A DNA stretch of 63,998 nt, filler included, from Dirinaria sp. TL-2023a (GCA_051941275.1; 3 parts of 3 records of this genome joined end to end with filler, not necessarily neighbours in it), one strand, 5' to 3'. Counted from the whole stretch's first letter, positions 1-13,313 are shown. The notes: generated by a model from the letters alone, not told the origin. Numbers and translations: made by a program.

Positions 1-1028
1 GAAGGGAAGGGACGGATGTGGAGTTTTTCGTAGAGAGCTAGATTGAAAAAAAGGGGGGGGCGGAGCAGGGGTTCAGTATAGCAGATGTTTTTGAGATAAT
101 ATATGCTGAGGAGTATAGAGTACGAGTACTGAGGAGAGAGAGGGGTTCTAGGAACCGAAAGGGGGACAGGTGATATATATACCCAATCTGAGCGGAATGT
201 GTCCCCCCCCTTCCCTTTCTCCCCAAAGAACCCCTACTGGAAGCACTTACTTTTTCCGACATATGCTGCTAATCTGGAACGAGTTATCTCGGAACCCTGC
301 AAGGAAAGAAAGTTTGTTTTAGGTCTAAATACAACTATTTGCGGTACTTGTTTTTTTTTTTTGGCGGTTGGTGGGGATTCTGATTCAATATCAATAGACT
401 GGGATATATTTGGAGAAAGAGGACGATACATACTGTACATAGGGTGTTGATTCTTGAGAAGGGATGAAGAAGAATTCACGAAATTGGATGTTTTAGAGAA
501 ATTTTTAGGATGGGAATATGATTGATGAGATGGGATTGAGTTAAGGGGGAAGGAAGGGGGCTTCTTTTCCTTTTCCTCTGCTGGATATTTATATCTATGT
601 TGGGGTGAGAAGAGGCTTTTGTTTTTGCGGCTGCTGCATGCTCCATAATGCGGAGTAAGATATCTTGACAGACAGATTTAGATATGCATGGAAGAGGGAA
701 GAGGGATATTGGCGTATATACTACATCTTCGTCTTTTCTTTTTTTCTTTCTTTCTTTTGGGATTGCCCGAGCTTGTATTGCACTCACAGTCATGTGCATA
801 TGTAAGTTCTGGGCTAATATTGAGGCAGGCTGGCTGGCAGGCAGGCAGGAGAATCTCATGGCTCGCAGGCAACGTACAATGGCTAATGAAACCCTTGGAA
901 AACCCCTGAGGCGTCATCAAGACCACTACAATGCTGACAATGAGTCCCCTTTTCTTTTCGAAAGTGACTGGGATAATTGCCCGTCCTGCAGGCTTTCTTA
1001 CAATGCTGGGACAAAAATAAACGTATCT

Positions 1029-2057
1029 TCATGCAAGCATCATTTTGACACTGACAAACACAATCCCACTCGCCCTCCTCGCTTCATACGTAGCCTCATA
1101 AGCGCCCGTCCACCCCCTCACCGCCATCTCCGACATGTGGATCGCGAACCCCTGGATAAAATCCCAAGGCACGGGCTCGGCATAGCAGAAAAAGCTCAGC
1201 CGGAAATTCCACCGCGCGAAGATGACGCTGTGCAGCAACCCCTGCGCGGACCAGGTTCCCGTCTCGATTTTCCAAGCGATCAGGTCGTAGAAATCTTCCA
1301 GGAAGGCCGCGGCTACTTGCACGGGGGTTATGTACGACAGGGGTGTGAACTTGATGGGCGTGAGGGGTGGATCGGCGCGTCTGTCGAGAGAAGGTGGGGA
1401 GCTTGAGCGTTTGGAGGGTAGCAGTTGATGAGGAATATATTCAGCATTTGCGAGATAGAATGAGACGGCCATTGTGAATCCCGTGGCTTCGTCAACGAGA
1501 TAGACATCGTACAGCTGTGTCCAGCCTCGCGATGCCCACTCGGCCATTAGCGAGCACCAATCCCTCAAAACTGGTTTCAAGACCGGAGTGCCCAGGCTGG
1601 AAACAGTCAGACGAAATGCGCCGTACGCTATTGTGAACAGATGCGGGTTGGGTGCAGATTGCAAGTCACCATTGGCGATGAGTAATGTAACGCCTTCGTA
1701 AAATGCCGTGAGAGCGGCGCTCGCCACTGGAGTCGGCGGTAGCCTATTACTCAACCGCAGTGCTCTGAAGTTCAAGTTCGGAAAAGCACGTGGCCTGAAT
1801 CTTCGTAAATTGTTTTTGTTTGGTTGAATTATGGTGACCTTGGGCCCGATGCCAGTGTTGGATATTTCTCTGCTCGTGGTGCAATACTTGAGCCCTTTAA
1901 GATGCACCGATCCCAAAGCAGACTGTTCATTGGCAGGTACTGAGACCCCGTCAGTGGATCTGGTGAACAGGCATAAAGGCTCGGCTAGACACTGTGAGAG
2001 CACGAAAAACAAGATCACTGCCCACAGAGCCGGAGCTCGGCCGTTTTCGAGCTGCAT
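1029..2057 (-). CDS. Putative secreted protein with two tandem homologous domains, unknown function
   Basis: Single 342-aa ORF with hydrophobic N-terminus (ALWAVILFFVLSQCLA). Two similar units: TPVASAALTAFY...FRLTV...PV...ASRGWTQLYD and TPVQVAAAFLEDFY...FRLSF...PVPW...AVRGWTGAYE. Confidence 0.75.
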   Translation of the reverse strand: MQLENGRAPALWAVILFFVLSQCLAEPLCLFTRSTDGVSVPANEQSALGSVHLKGLKYCTTSREISNTGIGPKVTIIQPNKNNLRRFRPRAFPNLNFRALRLSNRLPPTPVASAALTAFYEGVTLLIANGDLQSAPNPHLFTIAYGAFRLTVSSLGTPVLKPVLRDWCSLMAEWASRGWTQLYDVYLVDEATGFTMAVSFYLANAEYIPHQLLPSKRSSSPPSLDRRADPPLTPIKFTPLSYITPVQVAAAFLEDFYDLIAWKIETGTWSAQGLLHSVIFARWNFRLSFFCYAEPVPWDFIQGFAIHMSEMAVRGWTGAYEATYEARRASGIVFVSVKMMLA

Positions 2058-3887
2058 ATCAAGCGAATCTCGTTGGCCACATGGAGGTCTCTGGATTAAG
2101 TTCCGGCAAACCGGTTGGTAAACGCAGGTCGCCTGGAAGATCCAAGAGCATCCTAGTGCTTTCCTTTATGTGTCTGGTTTTATGTTTTGAGTCTGAGGCG
2201 GTTTTATCATTTTTTATGTTCTATAGCATAATAGCCGTAGCGCTTGAATCCGTTGATTGAAACCGCACATATCGGGCCTCGACCCAAAGGAGAGCAGAAA
2301 AGCAGATTCGACAAAGAATTTGCGAACATCATATAATTAATTTTCAGTCTTCTAACATTTCCTTATCCGCGTCGTCTTGAAGCAGCCTTCAGACAGCGGT
2401 TATCGGGTAGACTTATAAAAAGCGCAGTGACACTATCTCACTTTTTATCTGTTTTAACTTGAGCAGATGAATCATGAGACTCGAAGGGGAAGAATGGTCC
2501 AGCAAATCTGCGACATAGGATGTTGCGAAACGAGGTGCGATTGGATACATGGACCATCCCGGTCGCGATTGAGGCTCGGATGATCTCAAACAGGAGTCCG
2601 GCTTCGCGCGTTCTGTCCATGCGGGTCTGTGCCTTGTCACGATCGCATATTGAGGCGTCTTAGCCCTTCGCCTATGCAGCGTTTCCGCGGTTTGAACATT
2701 TTCCCTGCATGTCATTATTGCTCCCTACCAGCACCGTTGCCAAGCCTGGAAAATATAATGGCATCGCTAAGCAGCGATTCGTCTTCTAAGCTACTGGGTC
2801 AACATAGGTATACGTTGTATCTTACAAGAGAGTAAAGAAGATTCCGGGCCTAATATTCTTGCCTAGGATGGTTTGCTCCATCCGATTGGATGCGGATTAG
2901 CAAGGCTGGATGCATGCGCTGATGATAAGGCTAGATTCAAATTTAGGAAGAGGCATATTATGTGCTCATGTGGTGATTCTTCAACACCACGATGCTTTCT
3001 TTATGCTTGAGTACCTTCAAGGTTGGAAGTCCAAGCGCTCAGTTCTCTGAGAGCGCCTATTGGTCTTCTGTGCAACATTACACTTCCAAGGATGGAGGGC
3101 TGCCATGCGGCTTGCTGCAGGACCTCTCGAAGCATCTGCATGCCGAGTATGGCGATTAGCACAGTCTTCACCATTAAACGCCGCGCCCTCTAAGCAAGCT
3201 GAGCCAAGTATTTGAGGCCAAGTATCCCTGCATGTCCGTCATCAGGAAGCGGCGACCAGCAAATGGCTTTTCAGGTAGATATATATATATTTATAATCTT
3301 AAGAGGAGAGTCGTTGGACAGACGGCGCGAAAGGGGATGCTCTATAGATCGAGTCGCCAAGAGCTCCTCGAATGCAGCTGGAAGAATGCGGCGAAAAGAT
3401 CTACTTTCCGGTCCGATAACCGATTTACTCATTAGTCACTTACGACGCGGCATTCAAAACGGATGCTTAATTAGGAGAGGTCACAACGAGTCAGATGGGG
3501 ATGAAACATAAGTGGTCCTGTTCATGGTAGATGAGCCAAGCGAAAGCTCTCACTTGGGACGCTTGGTGTAAATGCATCATTGTCGTGTCTGCGAGAGTGC
3601 TTAAACTAGAAGATGTCGGCGTACTTGCCCTGCTATGAGACCATATGGGGTAATATGTTCACGTATCTGTGGCTTTCGGTTGTGGGCAAAAGTTAGCGCA
3701 GTTGCTCTGAATCCGAGATACAGGAAAGACAGATCATACCCAGGACGGAAATCGACAAGCGCGGAGGTTAGTCTTCATGAGCAAGCGGCCGCCCGTAGCA
3801 GTCGCGCAATTCTACTCAGCATCCTATATAATGCCTTCGTTCTTGGATGATGAAAATGTCTGAGGCAGTTTCTTGGGTGCTGATACA

Positions 3888-6800
3888 TTATAGCTGCTCG
3901 ATATCTGTTACAAGCTGGTCCAGTTGGTCGATGTTATCATTTTCGATAATACTGTGCATCGTGCGCGAGCTTCGAGATGTTAGAACCTTGATCTGGGACC
4001 TACCGGTACACTTACAGGTGACTGATATTCTTATACGCCGCTTTATCCTCCAGCTCTTTTGATTTCAGTGCGGCAACGTCGAGTACCGGTTCGGGTATGT
4101 TCGCCAGTCGAGCAACATTCAACCTGCCATACATCAGCCTCGCCAGTTTCCAGGACACAATGGTATTGTACCCATAGGATCGGTGTGCTACACCCTCGCC
4201 GACCTCGTACAAAAACGTAATATCTTGTCCGTTTTCACCACTTTCGTAAAACCGCATATGGACATTTTTCAGCTGGCCATGTGCGGATCCATGCGCGAGA
4301 GCGCTCAGATGCTGGTAATGAGTAATGAAGAGCGTCAAGCTCTTGGTTTCCCGGACCACATGATCAAGCACAGCCTGTGCAATTGCGACACCATCATGCG
4401 TGGATGTTCCTCGTCCTAACTCGTCCAAAATAATCAAAGACCTCGGCGACGCTTGTTTTAATATATCAGAGGTCTCTGAGAGTTCCACCATGAACGTCGA
4501 TTCGCCGGCCATCATGTTGTCGAAAGCACCCATCCTTGTGAAGACTGCATCAAGCATGCCCAGTTTTGCAGAAGCCGCAGGAACATACGACCCTATTTGG
4601 CCCATGATAGCGATCAGCGCAACTTGTCGAACATAGCTGGATTTGCCGCCCATATTGGGTCCTGTGATAAGGAGGGCCCTAGTTGCATCGAAGGATAGAT
4701 CTATGTCGTTGGGTACGTAGCTATCAAGCAGAAGCTGTTCGACCATGGGATGCCGCCCTTGCTCTACCCAAATGCGAGTTTCCTCGCTGTATTCTGGCTT
4801 TACGTATCCTGGTTGACTAGCAACAGCGGATAGAGATAAAAGGCAGTCTAAAGTAGCAAGGGCTTGGATGCAATCACGAAAAGACTGGTAGTTTGTCGAG
4901 ATCTCGGATAGCAGCTCCGAGAAAGCTACGTCGCATGCAGCTGCCAATGCCTCCCTATGCTGATCTCGTTCTCGAATCAGACGAACAACTTCCGGTGTGT
5001 GATAGCGCGATAGCTTCTTGGTGCCACTGATCTTAGCCCAAGAAGCTGGAACGTGCTTAGTCAAGGTGTTATCAACCTCGATGAGATACTCAATCCCCGC
5101 TGATGTCACAAAGTCCACCCTTTTCTTCCTGAGTTTACCAGCAGCATCGGCGCGGTGGGCATCCAGCTCATGTTCTACGCTCGCTATTCCGAGTTTGTGG
5201 TCCGTGATGCTGTCGCTCTCCATCTCTTCGCGAAAGAATCCGTACTTATCGTCTTGTTTAGCTGCTTCGGCATTGATCTTATCTAGATAAGCTATCACAT
5301 AATCGCTTATCATTGGGAGCGACGCAATAGCTTTATTGAGGATGGTTGAGGAGAATCCGACATCCTCCGGCGTCTTTACAGTCGCAAATTCGTTTGCAAT
5401 TCGTTGCATCGTCTGCAAGACCGTGAGAAGCTCTGGCCGAGTGCACTACGACATGTCAGCTCAATCAAGACCGCCAGCACAACTTCTTACCTTGCCATAG
5501 TATATGCGAATCAAACTTTTCTCCAGATCACTCTTGATCTGTGACAGCAGGCCTCTGACCTTATCGACCTTAACGGTTCGCTCACCACTGAGGAGCTCCT
5601 CGACTGCCGCGATTCGGTCTTCCAAATCCCGCTTTATCAGTAGCGGTCTTCCAACCCATTTTCGCAGCAGCCGGTGGCCAAAGCGGGTTCTCGTCCGATC
5701 CAACGTCCAAAAGAGGCTACCTTTCTCGGAGTGGTCAGTTTGATTTTGGTAGATCTCGAGGCTAGTCAGGGTCGTGCCGTTGAGCAGCATATGTGATCGG
5801 GCACTGAAGGATTGGAAATACTTGGTAAGATCAAAAACGTGCTCAAGTCCAAAATCTGACATCTGTTTGATCATGGCCGACAAGCATATTGTAACGTCTT
5901 CGGCAAGCTTCAGCACTTTGTCGAGAATTTGACTAGCCCTCTCGTCTTCCTGGTCATTAGTTGCCTTCATCTTTCCGGCATAAAAATTGGAAACGTGGTT
6001 ATAAGCCTGCGCCGCCATGTTCTTGGGCTTTTCAACCCTTTCGACTCGAACCTTATCCCCAAAAACGTTCGTGCTACTTCCAGAGATATGTCGGATCAGT
6101 CTCTCGGTTGCCTTGGACAAGTCCCCGACAATAAGTATTTCACAAGGAGCAATGTGAAGTAGCCTTGTTTCGATCTCGCTCCGCATGAAGCCATCTTCAA
6201 AGCTGTCATGTACGACATCTCCGGTTGCCGGCTGCACGGCTAAGACGCCGACATGTACTTTCTCATCCGTTCCCCAGCCATTAGCGTTGGTCTCCGTGAT
6301 ACACACAAGGTAGCCAGTCGCTGGAGCTCCACCAAGTGGAGTACCCGTTGGACCTTCCAGACCCTCGACGTCATCTATATAGGTACCTTTGGTGTAGAGG
6401 TTGGTCAGTTGACGGACAAAGGGTGCATTTCGATTGTCTCCAGCAGCTTTCAGAGCGGCAGTCTCTAGTTGGCGTACAATACCTACTTTGTGGCCTGCAT
6501 TCACAAGGCGCTTGACATGTACGTGAAGCCGATGCACTGGGACGCTTGCCGAAGCAAATCGGTCCAAGTGAGCTTCAGAGGCGTGCTCATCGTACCTCAT
6601 CTTCCCAGGTATACAAACGATGCTTAATTCTCTGGCCGCTATCCTCGCATCTTCGCCGAAGAATCTAAACTTGTAGCCAACCTCCACTATCAAGATCGTG
6701 TCCAGGTGTTTCCGTTTAATGTCAAGAAACTGCTTCTCCATTGGCGTGAGCTTGCCACCTCCTTTCTTGGCTGTAAAACCTTTCTTGCCCCTTGCTGCGG

Positions 6801-7464
6801 GCTTCGGAGCCTCGTCTTCCTCCGGGTCGTCACTGTTCTCTGCATCCGGATGAGACTCTGTGTTCTCTTCCGGAAGTTGCCGATTTCGCCGTTTTATTTC
6901 GGCAATACTGTCTGGGCGACCAAGCTTACTGACAAACTTCTGATGGAGCGACTGCTTCCGTCTTACTATCTCTTCGTCATGCTCGGCGTTCTCTACATCT
7001 TCACTTGGCGGGCTTGAGTAGATGTACTTTGATGTTTTCTCTGTGACCTTCGGTTTCTTGGCTTGATTGGGGGGAATCGAAGTGAGCTTGGATGTCCTGG
7101 CATGGTGGCCATTGGCATTGGATGATAAAGGTGACTTTAGATGCGGGTCTGAGCCACGGCGCCTCTTGCCATTCGGCAGATCCGCTTCAGTGTCGACCTC
7201 AGTAAAACATCGCTTGGATGTGGTCTGGTGTTGGTGGGGGGTAGAAGAGTGGCTCTCTTCGCTATCCGATGCAATGAATAAGGAATTATCCTTCTCATTC
7301 TGGACACTTCCATGGCTTGTTTTCGGATCATTCCTTTGAGGGGCCGTGGTTTTGAGGGTTGACGGTGTCCTAGACGCGTTGCTGCCTTTGGTGAAAAATT
7401 GGGAGATGGACTGCTGCTTCTTGGCCGAGACCGCTAGCTCTGAGGGTTTTGTAGCGCCAACCAT
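3888..7464 (-). CDS. MSH3: DNA mismatch repair protein Msh3 (MutS family)
   Basis: LTPMEKQ and [14 protein letters not shown] (Msh3-type), P-loop [29 protein letters not shown]. Introns read at 5446-5490, 4124-4171 and ~3970-4015 join the ORFs. Ends ...[11 protein letters not shown]. Confidence 0.95.
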
Positions 7465-8096
7465 GATCAGTCCAACAAGGAGATCACATGTCGGGCATGG
7501 CGAGCCTAAATGAAAAATGAAAAATTCGAAAGCTCTCCAGCCCAGGTAGAATCGTCTAATTGAGGTTTCATGGACGTGAACAAAGTCGCGTGCGCCTAAA
7601 GTAGGTCCGAGGGGTTGGACCCTCGGACTGCCACGCTAGTACCAAGTAGGCATTACATAAGGTACCTTATGGGCGCGACAGAAGGTCCTGGTGTTCTTTT
7701 AGGAAAAGGACGGCATCTAAAGTACGCCAATTATGATACCTCGTCTCATACTGGGAAATCGTATTTGATAAAATCACTATAGTCTGTAGCTAACGCTGCT
7801 GAAATTTAATATAGAAGTTTGTACCGGTTGTTTGATAGCGCTGCAGGCATGATGTCAATACCATTTAGTCAACCCCTTTCCCCCTTAAGCTCTGAAGACT
7901 CCCTAGCTGTCTTAAAGACCTTGACATAAGCTTCTCCGCATGCTCGCCTGTAGAAAGGGCATCTGTCGACAGCGGTCTAGTGGAATGACGATCCACGTCC
8001 ACAATTCATCCTCACTGCCATCGATGTGTGTGTGTAAAAGTCCCAAGCCTTCCGCGGTAGTAACGCTGTCAGATCATGTCCGAGATGAGTGGGCTG

Positions 8097-10067
8097 TCAC
8101 TTTTGTGAACGTATACGTTTGTTGCTGGCCGGACAGCGGGTGTCATCCTTGTGAGCTGGTATCTTGTTATTAGACTGCGCTGGCGGCCCATTATTGCTTG
8201 CTTCGTTCCTCGACGGACAAATTTGATTGGGCTGCATTGAATGAGAGACCGGATTCTCAGCTTGTGGCTTGGCGTTGAGTGGATTGTAGGGTGTGCTCCA
8301 GAACCTGTGATCTGCAAAGCCGCCGAACCCCATCTCAGGGGGCAATTGGCTGAAGAATCGAGGTGGCTCGTATCCCCTGACGGAAAAATACCGCTGCGTT
8401 ATGCGTCCGGGTGCAATATCATTTACTTCGCTGTCTGTATGTCCCATAGCATTCAGCAGTGGCTGCATGTTCTCCTTAGAATCTAAAGCGCTGGGCCTCA
8501 ATGCACTGAAGCCTGCATTATCACACCTCTCCGGCTTTTGCTGCGCAATACTGGTGCCTTGCTCATCGTTCGATGGAAGTCCGCCTAGAGCATGAGAAAG
8601 ATGTTCCTGAAGGTGATACGCTGCGGTATTGGAAGCATCATTTGTGGTCGTTGGAGCGAAATCGCTTTGCACGAAAGGGTCGTCGAAGGACCATAGATGA
8701 CTTTCAGCCATCCCATGAAGCTGAGGAGGTGCTACAGAACTCGTGTCCGAAAATATATCAAAACCGTTTGAAGACGTCGGTCTAGGTAAGCCCATATTCA
8801 ACTTCCATTCAAGAGCATCTTCGTCGATGACTGCAGAACGCGCCCGCAGACCTTGACCGCTGTCATTTGCTCTTAATGCAGCCGTGTCTTTGAGGGGAAA
8901 GTCGTCATTACTCGTGCCATTTGCTCTTGGACCAGGCATCGAGGACTTCGACGTTTCTCGCATGTTTTTTGTTGACATATTCGTAGAGAGCTCACCAAGT
9001 ACGGCTTTACTAGCCTTACCTCGACGGCGCTTAGGTTTGGGAGTGATTTCAGGGATTGGACTACTCTCCACATTGCCGGTGATTGGCCGTGCTTTCTTGA
9101 GTGTCCATTCTGGAAAGTAAATTTGCTCCACCGGCTCCACCATCATTGCATTGTACTCCATCTGCGCGAGTAGAGAGTGTTCCTTCTTCTGGTTTCGCAA
9201 GCGTTGAGACTTAGGGCTGGCGGAATCAAACAAGGCCATTCCCGGATATTGCGGTCCTTTCAACTTCAGGAAATGCGTTGAGCCGGTATCGCTCATAACG
9301 GGACTCTGTTCAATCGACGATATCCGGCCAGGAGTGCAGGCTTTAGATTGAGGTGAGTCAAGGCTAGGGGTGGTAGCAGAAAAACGATTGTAGTAGTTTG
9401 GCAAAGCCGTGGGATCCGGATACGGAGGCTGTCTGTAGCTTGGGCTGCTGCGCTGATCTAGCTCTGGATTATCGGCTGCGTCTGGCCTTATAGGTGGGCT
9501 TTCCCGCCGGCAGCAGTGCACTCGCCTTGGTTGACTCGACACCCGAGTAGCCGTAGGGGCACGAGGTTGCATACGTGGAGCACGGGTCCGGTGCAGCGAC
9601 GTAAGATCGAAAGAGGGGAGATCATGGTCCTGAAATGTGGTCCCCATTGACTCATCCTCGTCTCCAGCTCCTAAGAATAGTGAAAGTTGTGGATCTATTG
9701 CGTCTTGATGGCCAGATCCGAATATGGCGTCCTGCATGTTAGATGGTCCTTCACAATCTTGTGTGGCTTTCTCCTCTGCGACTGGCCGGAGAACGCTGGC
9801 TCTTGTGGCCCTGTATTTGCCATTTGGCTTCTTCGTGTCTTTTTGAGCCATTCGCTGGGATAGCAGGCTCTCGATTTGGTTCCCGTCATACCATTCATCG
9901 TATGCTTCGAGCTGACGGCGGACCTGACCATTTTCGCGGCTACGCACCTGTGCATTGAAGTAGTGCGCGAGATGGCCCTTGGAAGACACGTGGGTAAGAA
10001 GATGGGAAATATCGCTGAAATGCGGCTGCTTTGGGCAAATTTTGCAAAGCAAAGGAACAGACTCCAT
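8097..10067 (-). CDS. Uncharacterised protein with N-terminal C2H2-like zinc finger and long low-complexity region
   Basis: Long ORF, likely start MESVPLL. Motif CKICPKQPHFSDISHLLTHVSSKGH; later LKGPQYPGMALFDSA block and basic patch PKPKRRR. Confidence 0.75.
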   Translation of the reverse strand: MESVPLLCKICPKQPHFSDISHLLTHVSSKGHLAHYFNAQVRSRENGQVRRQLEAYDEWYDGNQIESLLSQRMAQKDTKKPNGKYRATRASVLRPVAEEKATQDCEGPSNMQDAIFGSGHQDAIDPQLSLFLGAGDEDESMGTTFQDHDLPSFDLTSLHRTRAPRMQPRAPTATRVSSQPRRVHCCRRESPPIRPDAADNPELDQRSSPSYRQPPYPDPTALPNYYNRFSATTPSLDSPQSKACTPGRISSIEQSPVMSDTGSTHFLKLKGPQYPGMALFDSASPKSQRLRNQKKEHSLLAQMEYNAMMVEPVEQIYFPEWTLKKARPITGNVESSPIPEITPKPKRRRGKASKAVLGELSTNMSTKNMRETSKSSMPGPRANGTSNDDFPLKDTAALRANDSGQGLRARSAVIDEDALEWKLNMGLPRPTSSNGFDIFSDTSSVAPPQLHGMAESHLWSFDDPFVQSDFAPTTTNDASNTAAYHLQEHLSHALGGLPSNDEQGTSIAQQKPERCDNAGFSALRPSALDSKENMQPLLNAMGHTDSEVNDIAPGRITQRYFSVRGYEPPRFFSQLPPEMGFGGFADHRFWSTPYNPLNAKPQAENPVSHSMQPNQICPSRNEASNNGPPAQSNNKIPAHKDDTRCPASNKRIRSQK

Positions 10068-10786
10068 CGAAGCAAGTAGCAGTAGAATCGAAGGAGCAGA
10101 AGCAAGGAAGCGATGAGGCAAGCAGTGATAGTACTGCTTGCTCAAGTTTGCATCGAGCTCGCAATGCTCCTCCCAAGTGAGCACTGACGGCGACAGGAGT
10201 ATGAGGGGGCAGGTAGCCGGAAGGAGAGTAAGAGGCAACTGAAATCAAAAGTAGCACTGCAGAGTCGATCTCGCCAAGCTGAGGAGGCGCTTTCAAGGAC
10301 AGAGGAAAGCACGAAGGACAAGGGGCTTCTTGCCAGCCCATGGCACGGTCCGTCGAAAGCTTTACTTCCAACAGAGGCAGAGTAAGGTAAGGTAGTCGTT
10401 GTAGTAGTAGATTACATGCAGTACATTTACTTTGATCTCTTTCGATCAATCCAAGGTACGGGTACATGTAGGACTACATTACTGTAGTCGAAGTGCCGAG
10501 GCAACCTTGTGTGTAGCGGAACACGAAGCGATCATTAGTGGCTAAGGAGCATAAGGTACATTACTGTATGGATGAGGTAGACTGCATGTCTCTTGGCGTC
10601 TACTCTCACATCTATGAAATTGAGTGATGAGATTCGTGTGAATGGACAAGAGCTCTTCCTCTTCTCTTGCCATCCCAGCAGCAATGGGGCCGTGAAGTGG
10701 GTTATTAGATAGCAAGAGACGGTCAACATGGTCAGGGAATAGTCACTTTGAACGTCGAAGACCCGGCTACCCTTCAGCGTTGTTGC

Positions 10787-12018
10787 TCAATGCCCAAGTA
10801 CTCGTTTTGTGACTGCAAGTGGCATGCCACTTCCATGCTCTGTTAGCACTTCATTGAAGACAAGTAGAAGGCGATCAACAAGCTTACTAGATCGGATCCA
10901 CATCCTCCAGCCCTGGGTGGCCAAGCAGACTTAGCCCTGCAATAGCAAAAAAGGTGTGGAATACATCTACCATGTCGCCTGGCCGATCTGCAATACCTCC
11001 CACTCCGGCGTCCTACACAGACTTAGCGGAAGAAACGAAATGGGACAGAGTCCTACCTGGCATTGCAGGATGAAGCGCGCCAATTTCCTGCCATCAATCC
11101 AGTGTATGCGGTCAATCATAGCCAGGCTACTACCGACCCACCAGCTGTAACATACATCCTCAAGCTTCTCGGGTCTACCATTGAAGCCGCCATCTTTGAG
11201 CTGGCGTTCGCTCAACCACTCACCCAGTCGATCCTTGTCCACGGCGTCAAGCCGACCGGCAATAGCTAATGCACCTACACAAGTAAAGATCTGACCAGCA
11301 TGAGATTCAGCTCCTGGCCTGACCCCGTAGCCGCCGTCAAAATTGGCACAGGATTGCACGTAGGTGACGGCCTTGGAAAAATCGACCAGGGTGGTCATTT
11401 TGAGCAAAGATAACGCATTGAGAGCACCGTAAAGAAATCTTGTATCAGTCTCTCCCCACTCATCACCCGCAAATGAACCAGTGGTTCGGTCTTGAAGATT
11501 CGCAATAACTATCAGGTATGTCGTTAGCGCACCGCAACTCACGCACAAAGCTATTAGTATGACGAACATTTTCCAACTCCTGCTTTACCTCCGTATCCTC
11601 GTTCCTCGAGTTGTTCGAATGCGTCGACGGTGGCCAAAATTTGCACAGCGCTAACAGTGTAGAGCATGTGGGCATCATGACCCGGTGCAGCCCCAAACCC
11701 GCCATTCTCGTTTTGACACGAGAGAACAAAGTCGATGGTCTCGTCTCGTGGTAAAGCGTCTGGGTGGCCGAGCAAGTGCAAGGCCGTCAGGCCCCAGTAC
11801 ACACCGTTCAGCCGGAGATGCTCGGTCAGCCAGTACTCGAGCTCATCTTTCCGCTGTCAGCTCATGAGCGGTGGCATGGGTGGATAAGGTATGAACGAAG
11901 GACGCACGGTATCGAGGCTTCGAATGTATTCGACATGCTTGTCCACGTGAAGAAGCAGCTCGTTGGGAATCTCGTGGCCGGATGCGCCACCTCTGCCTGG
12001 GCCAGATACCAGCGACAT
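10787..12018 (-). CDS. BET2: Rab geranylgeranyltransferase (type II) beta subunit
   Basis: [73 protein letters not shown]. Multi-exon; ends [14 protein letters not shown]. Confidence 0.93.
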
Positions 12019-13313
12019 CGGTAGAGGGTCTTGACTACGAGAGTAACTATCTTAATGTCGATAGGTGAAGTTCTACATTAAGTTCCCTTCAGGTAAGTAA
12101 GGTAGGAACAGGAAGGTCTGAATGCAGCTAAAGCAGTAGCTCCGACTCCGAGGCTGAAGAAGCACGTGCCATCGCTTAATGCCGCCGCGGTTAAAAAAGA
12201 TGAATCTTGGCAGTGAATTGGCCTGTTTAGGCTGTTTGAGGATGAAGCGCCATCTCTTTTATGCCCTGCATAAGCGTGGTTGTGCTGTCAGGGGTTGCAC
12301 ATTCCAAAGAAAATCAGTTTACTAGTACCTGTAATACCAGTACCTGGAGAGTACACTTTACTTGACTTTATCTAGTGACTCTGAACTGCGAGTCTGTCGA
12401 TTTCACTTTTCCGCCCCCCTCCCCCCACACACCCACACCACCAGCATCGACTGGCCCGTTACTGGACCCGTCACAGAAAGGGCAAGTCGCTGGCTCTGAG
12501 ATTACCATAACAGAAAGTCTTGATCTCTTCCCGTGCGTGTGTCGGATCAGATGGGGTCTAGGGGGTCTCGTCATCCGGGCTTTCTTTCTACTTGACAAAG
12601 CCTCGATCGGGTGAAGCGAGTTGCCTTTGTTCATTCGACTGTTGCGGCTTAGGCTCCCAACGCAAACTATCTTCCCATACAGTACTTACCACTTGAGGTG
12701 CTTCCTTGCCTCACTGACTGCTCGATATTACCGTACACCTGCATCGTATGACCGTTCTTGCCGACGCTGGTCGTCACATTGCTTCCCTCACTCCACGCCC
12801 ACTGGCCTCCAGCATTATTCCTCGTCAAGCAGAACCCAACACAAGGAGCGTGGAGCTCGCGGTATTGGAGCCTGGAGCAGCGGCATTGCGGTCGCCCTGG
12901 ACGAATCAGGGTGAACACAGCACACACTGCAACCTCTCAGAAGGTATGTACACCCTCGCTTGCATTCGCAATGGCGGCCATACGCAGCTACCTGCAAATG
13001 AAATCCCTGACAGTTTGAGAATGCTCTACAAAATGGCTGCCTTGAGATGTCTTCAGCTAACAGTGTTAATGCATAGGCTGTCGCTTTGCAGATCCACGGG
13101 AACTGCCCCTTTATTGTTCACGGACTGCCTCGACCCATTGCAAGTGAATTAGCTCGGTCTCGAATCCTCAAACCCTCTTTTGTGCTATTCTTCCACTGTT
13201 GCATGGGAACAGCATTGTCCCTGGCATAATTTCTTCGGGGAACACTACCTACACTTGTCGACCGAGAACACCGTGGATGCTTGAGGTGGCAAGCGTATAG
13301 CTGGACACGGGCG

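Noticed and set aside
1..700. G/T-skewed, TA-rich start of the window as canonical RIP
   Set aside because: No recognisable element or second copy, and TG is still present; low-complexity intergenic DNA explains it.
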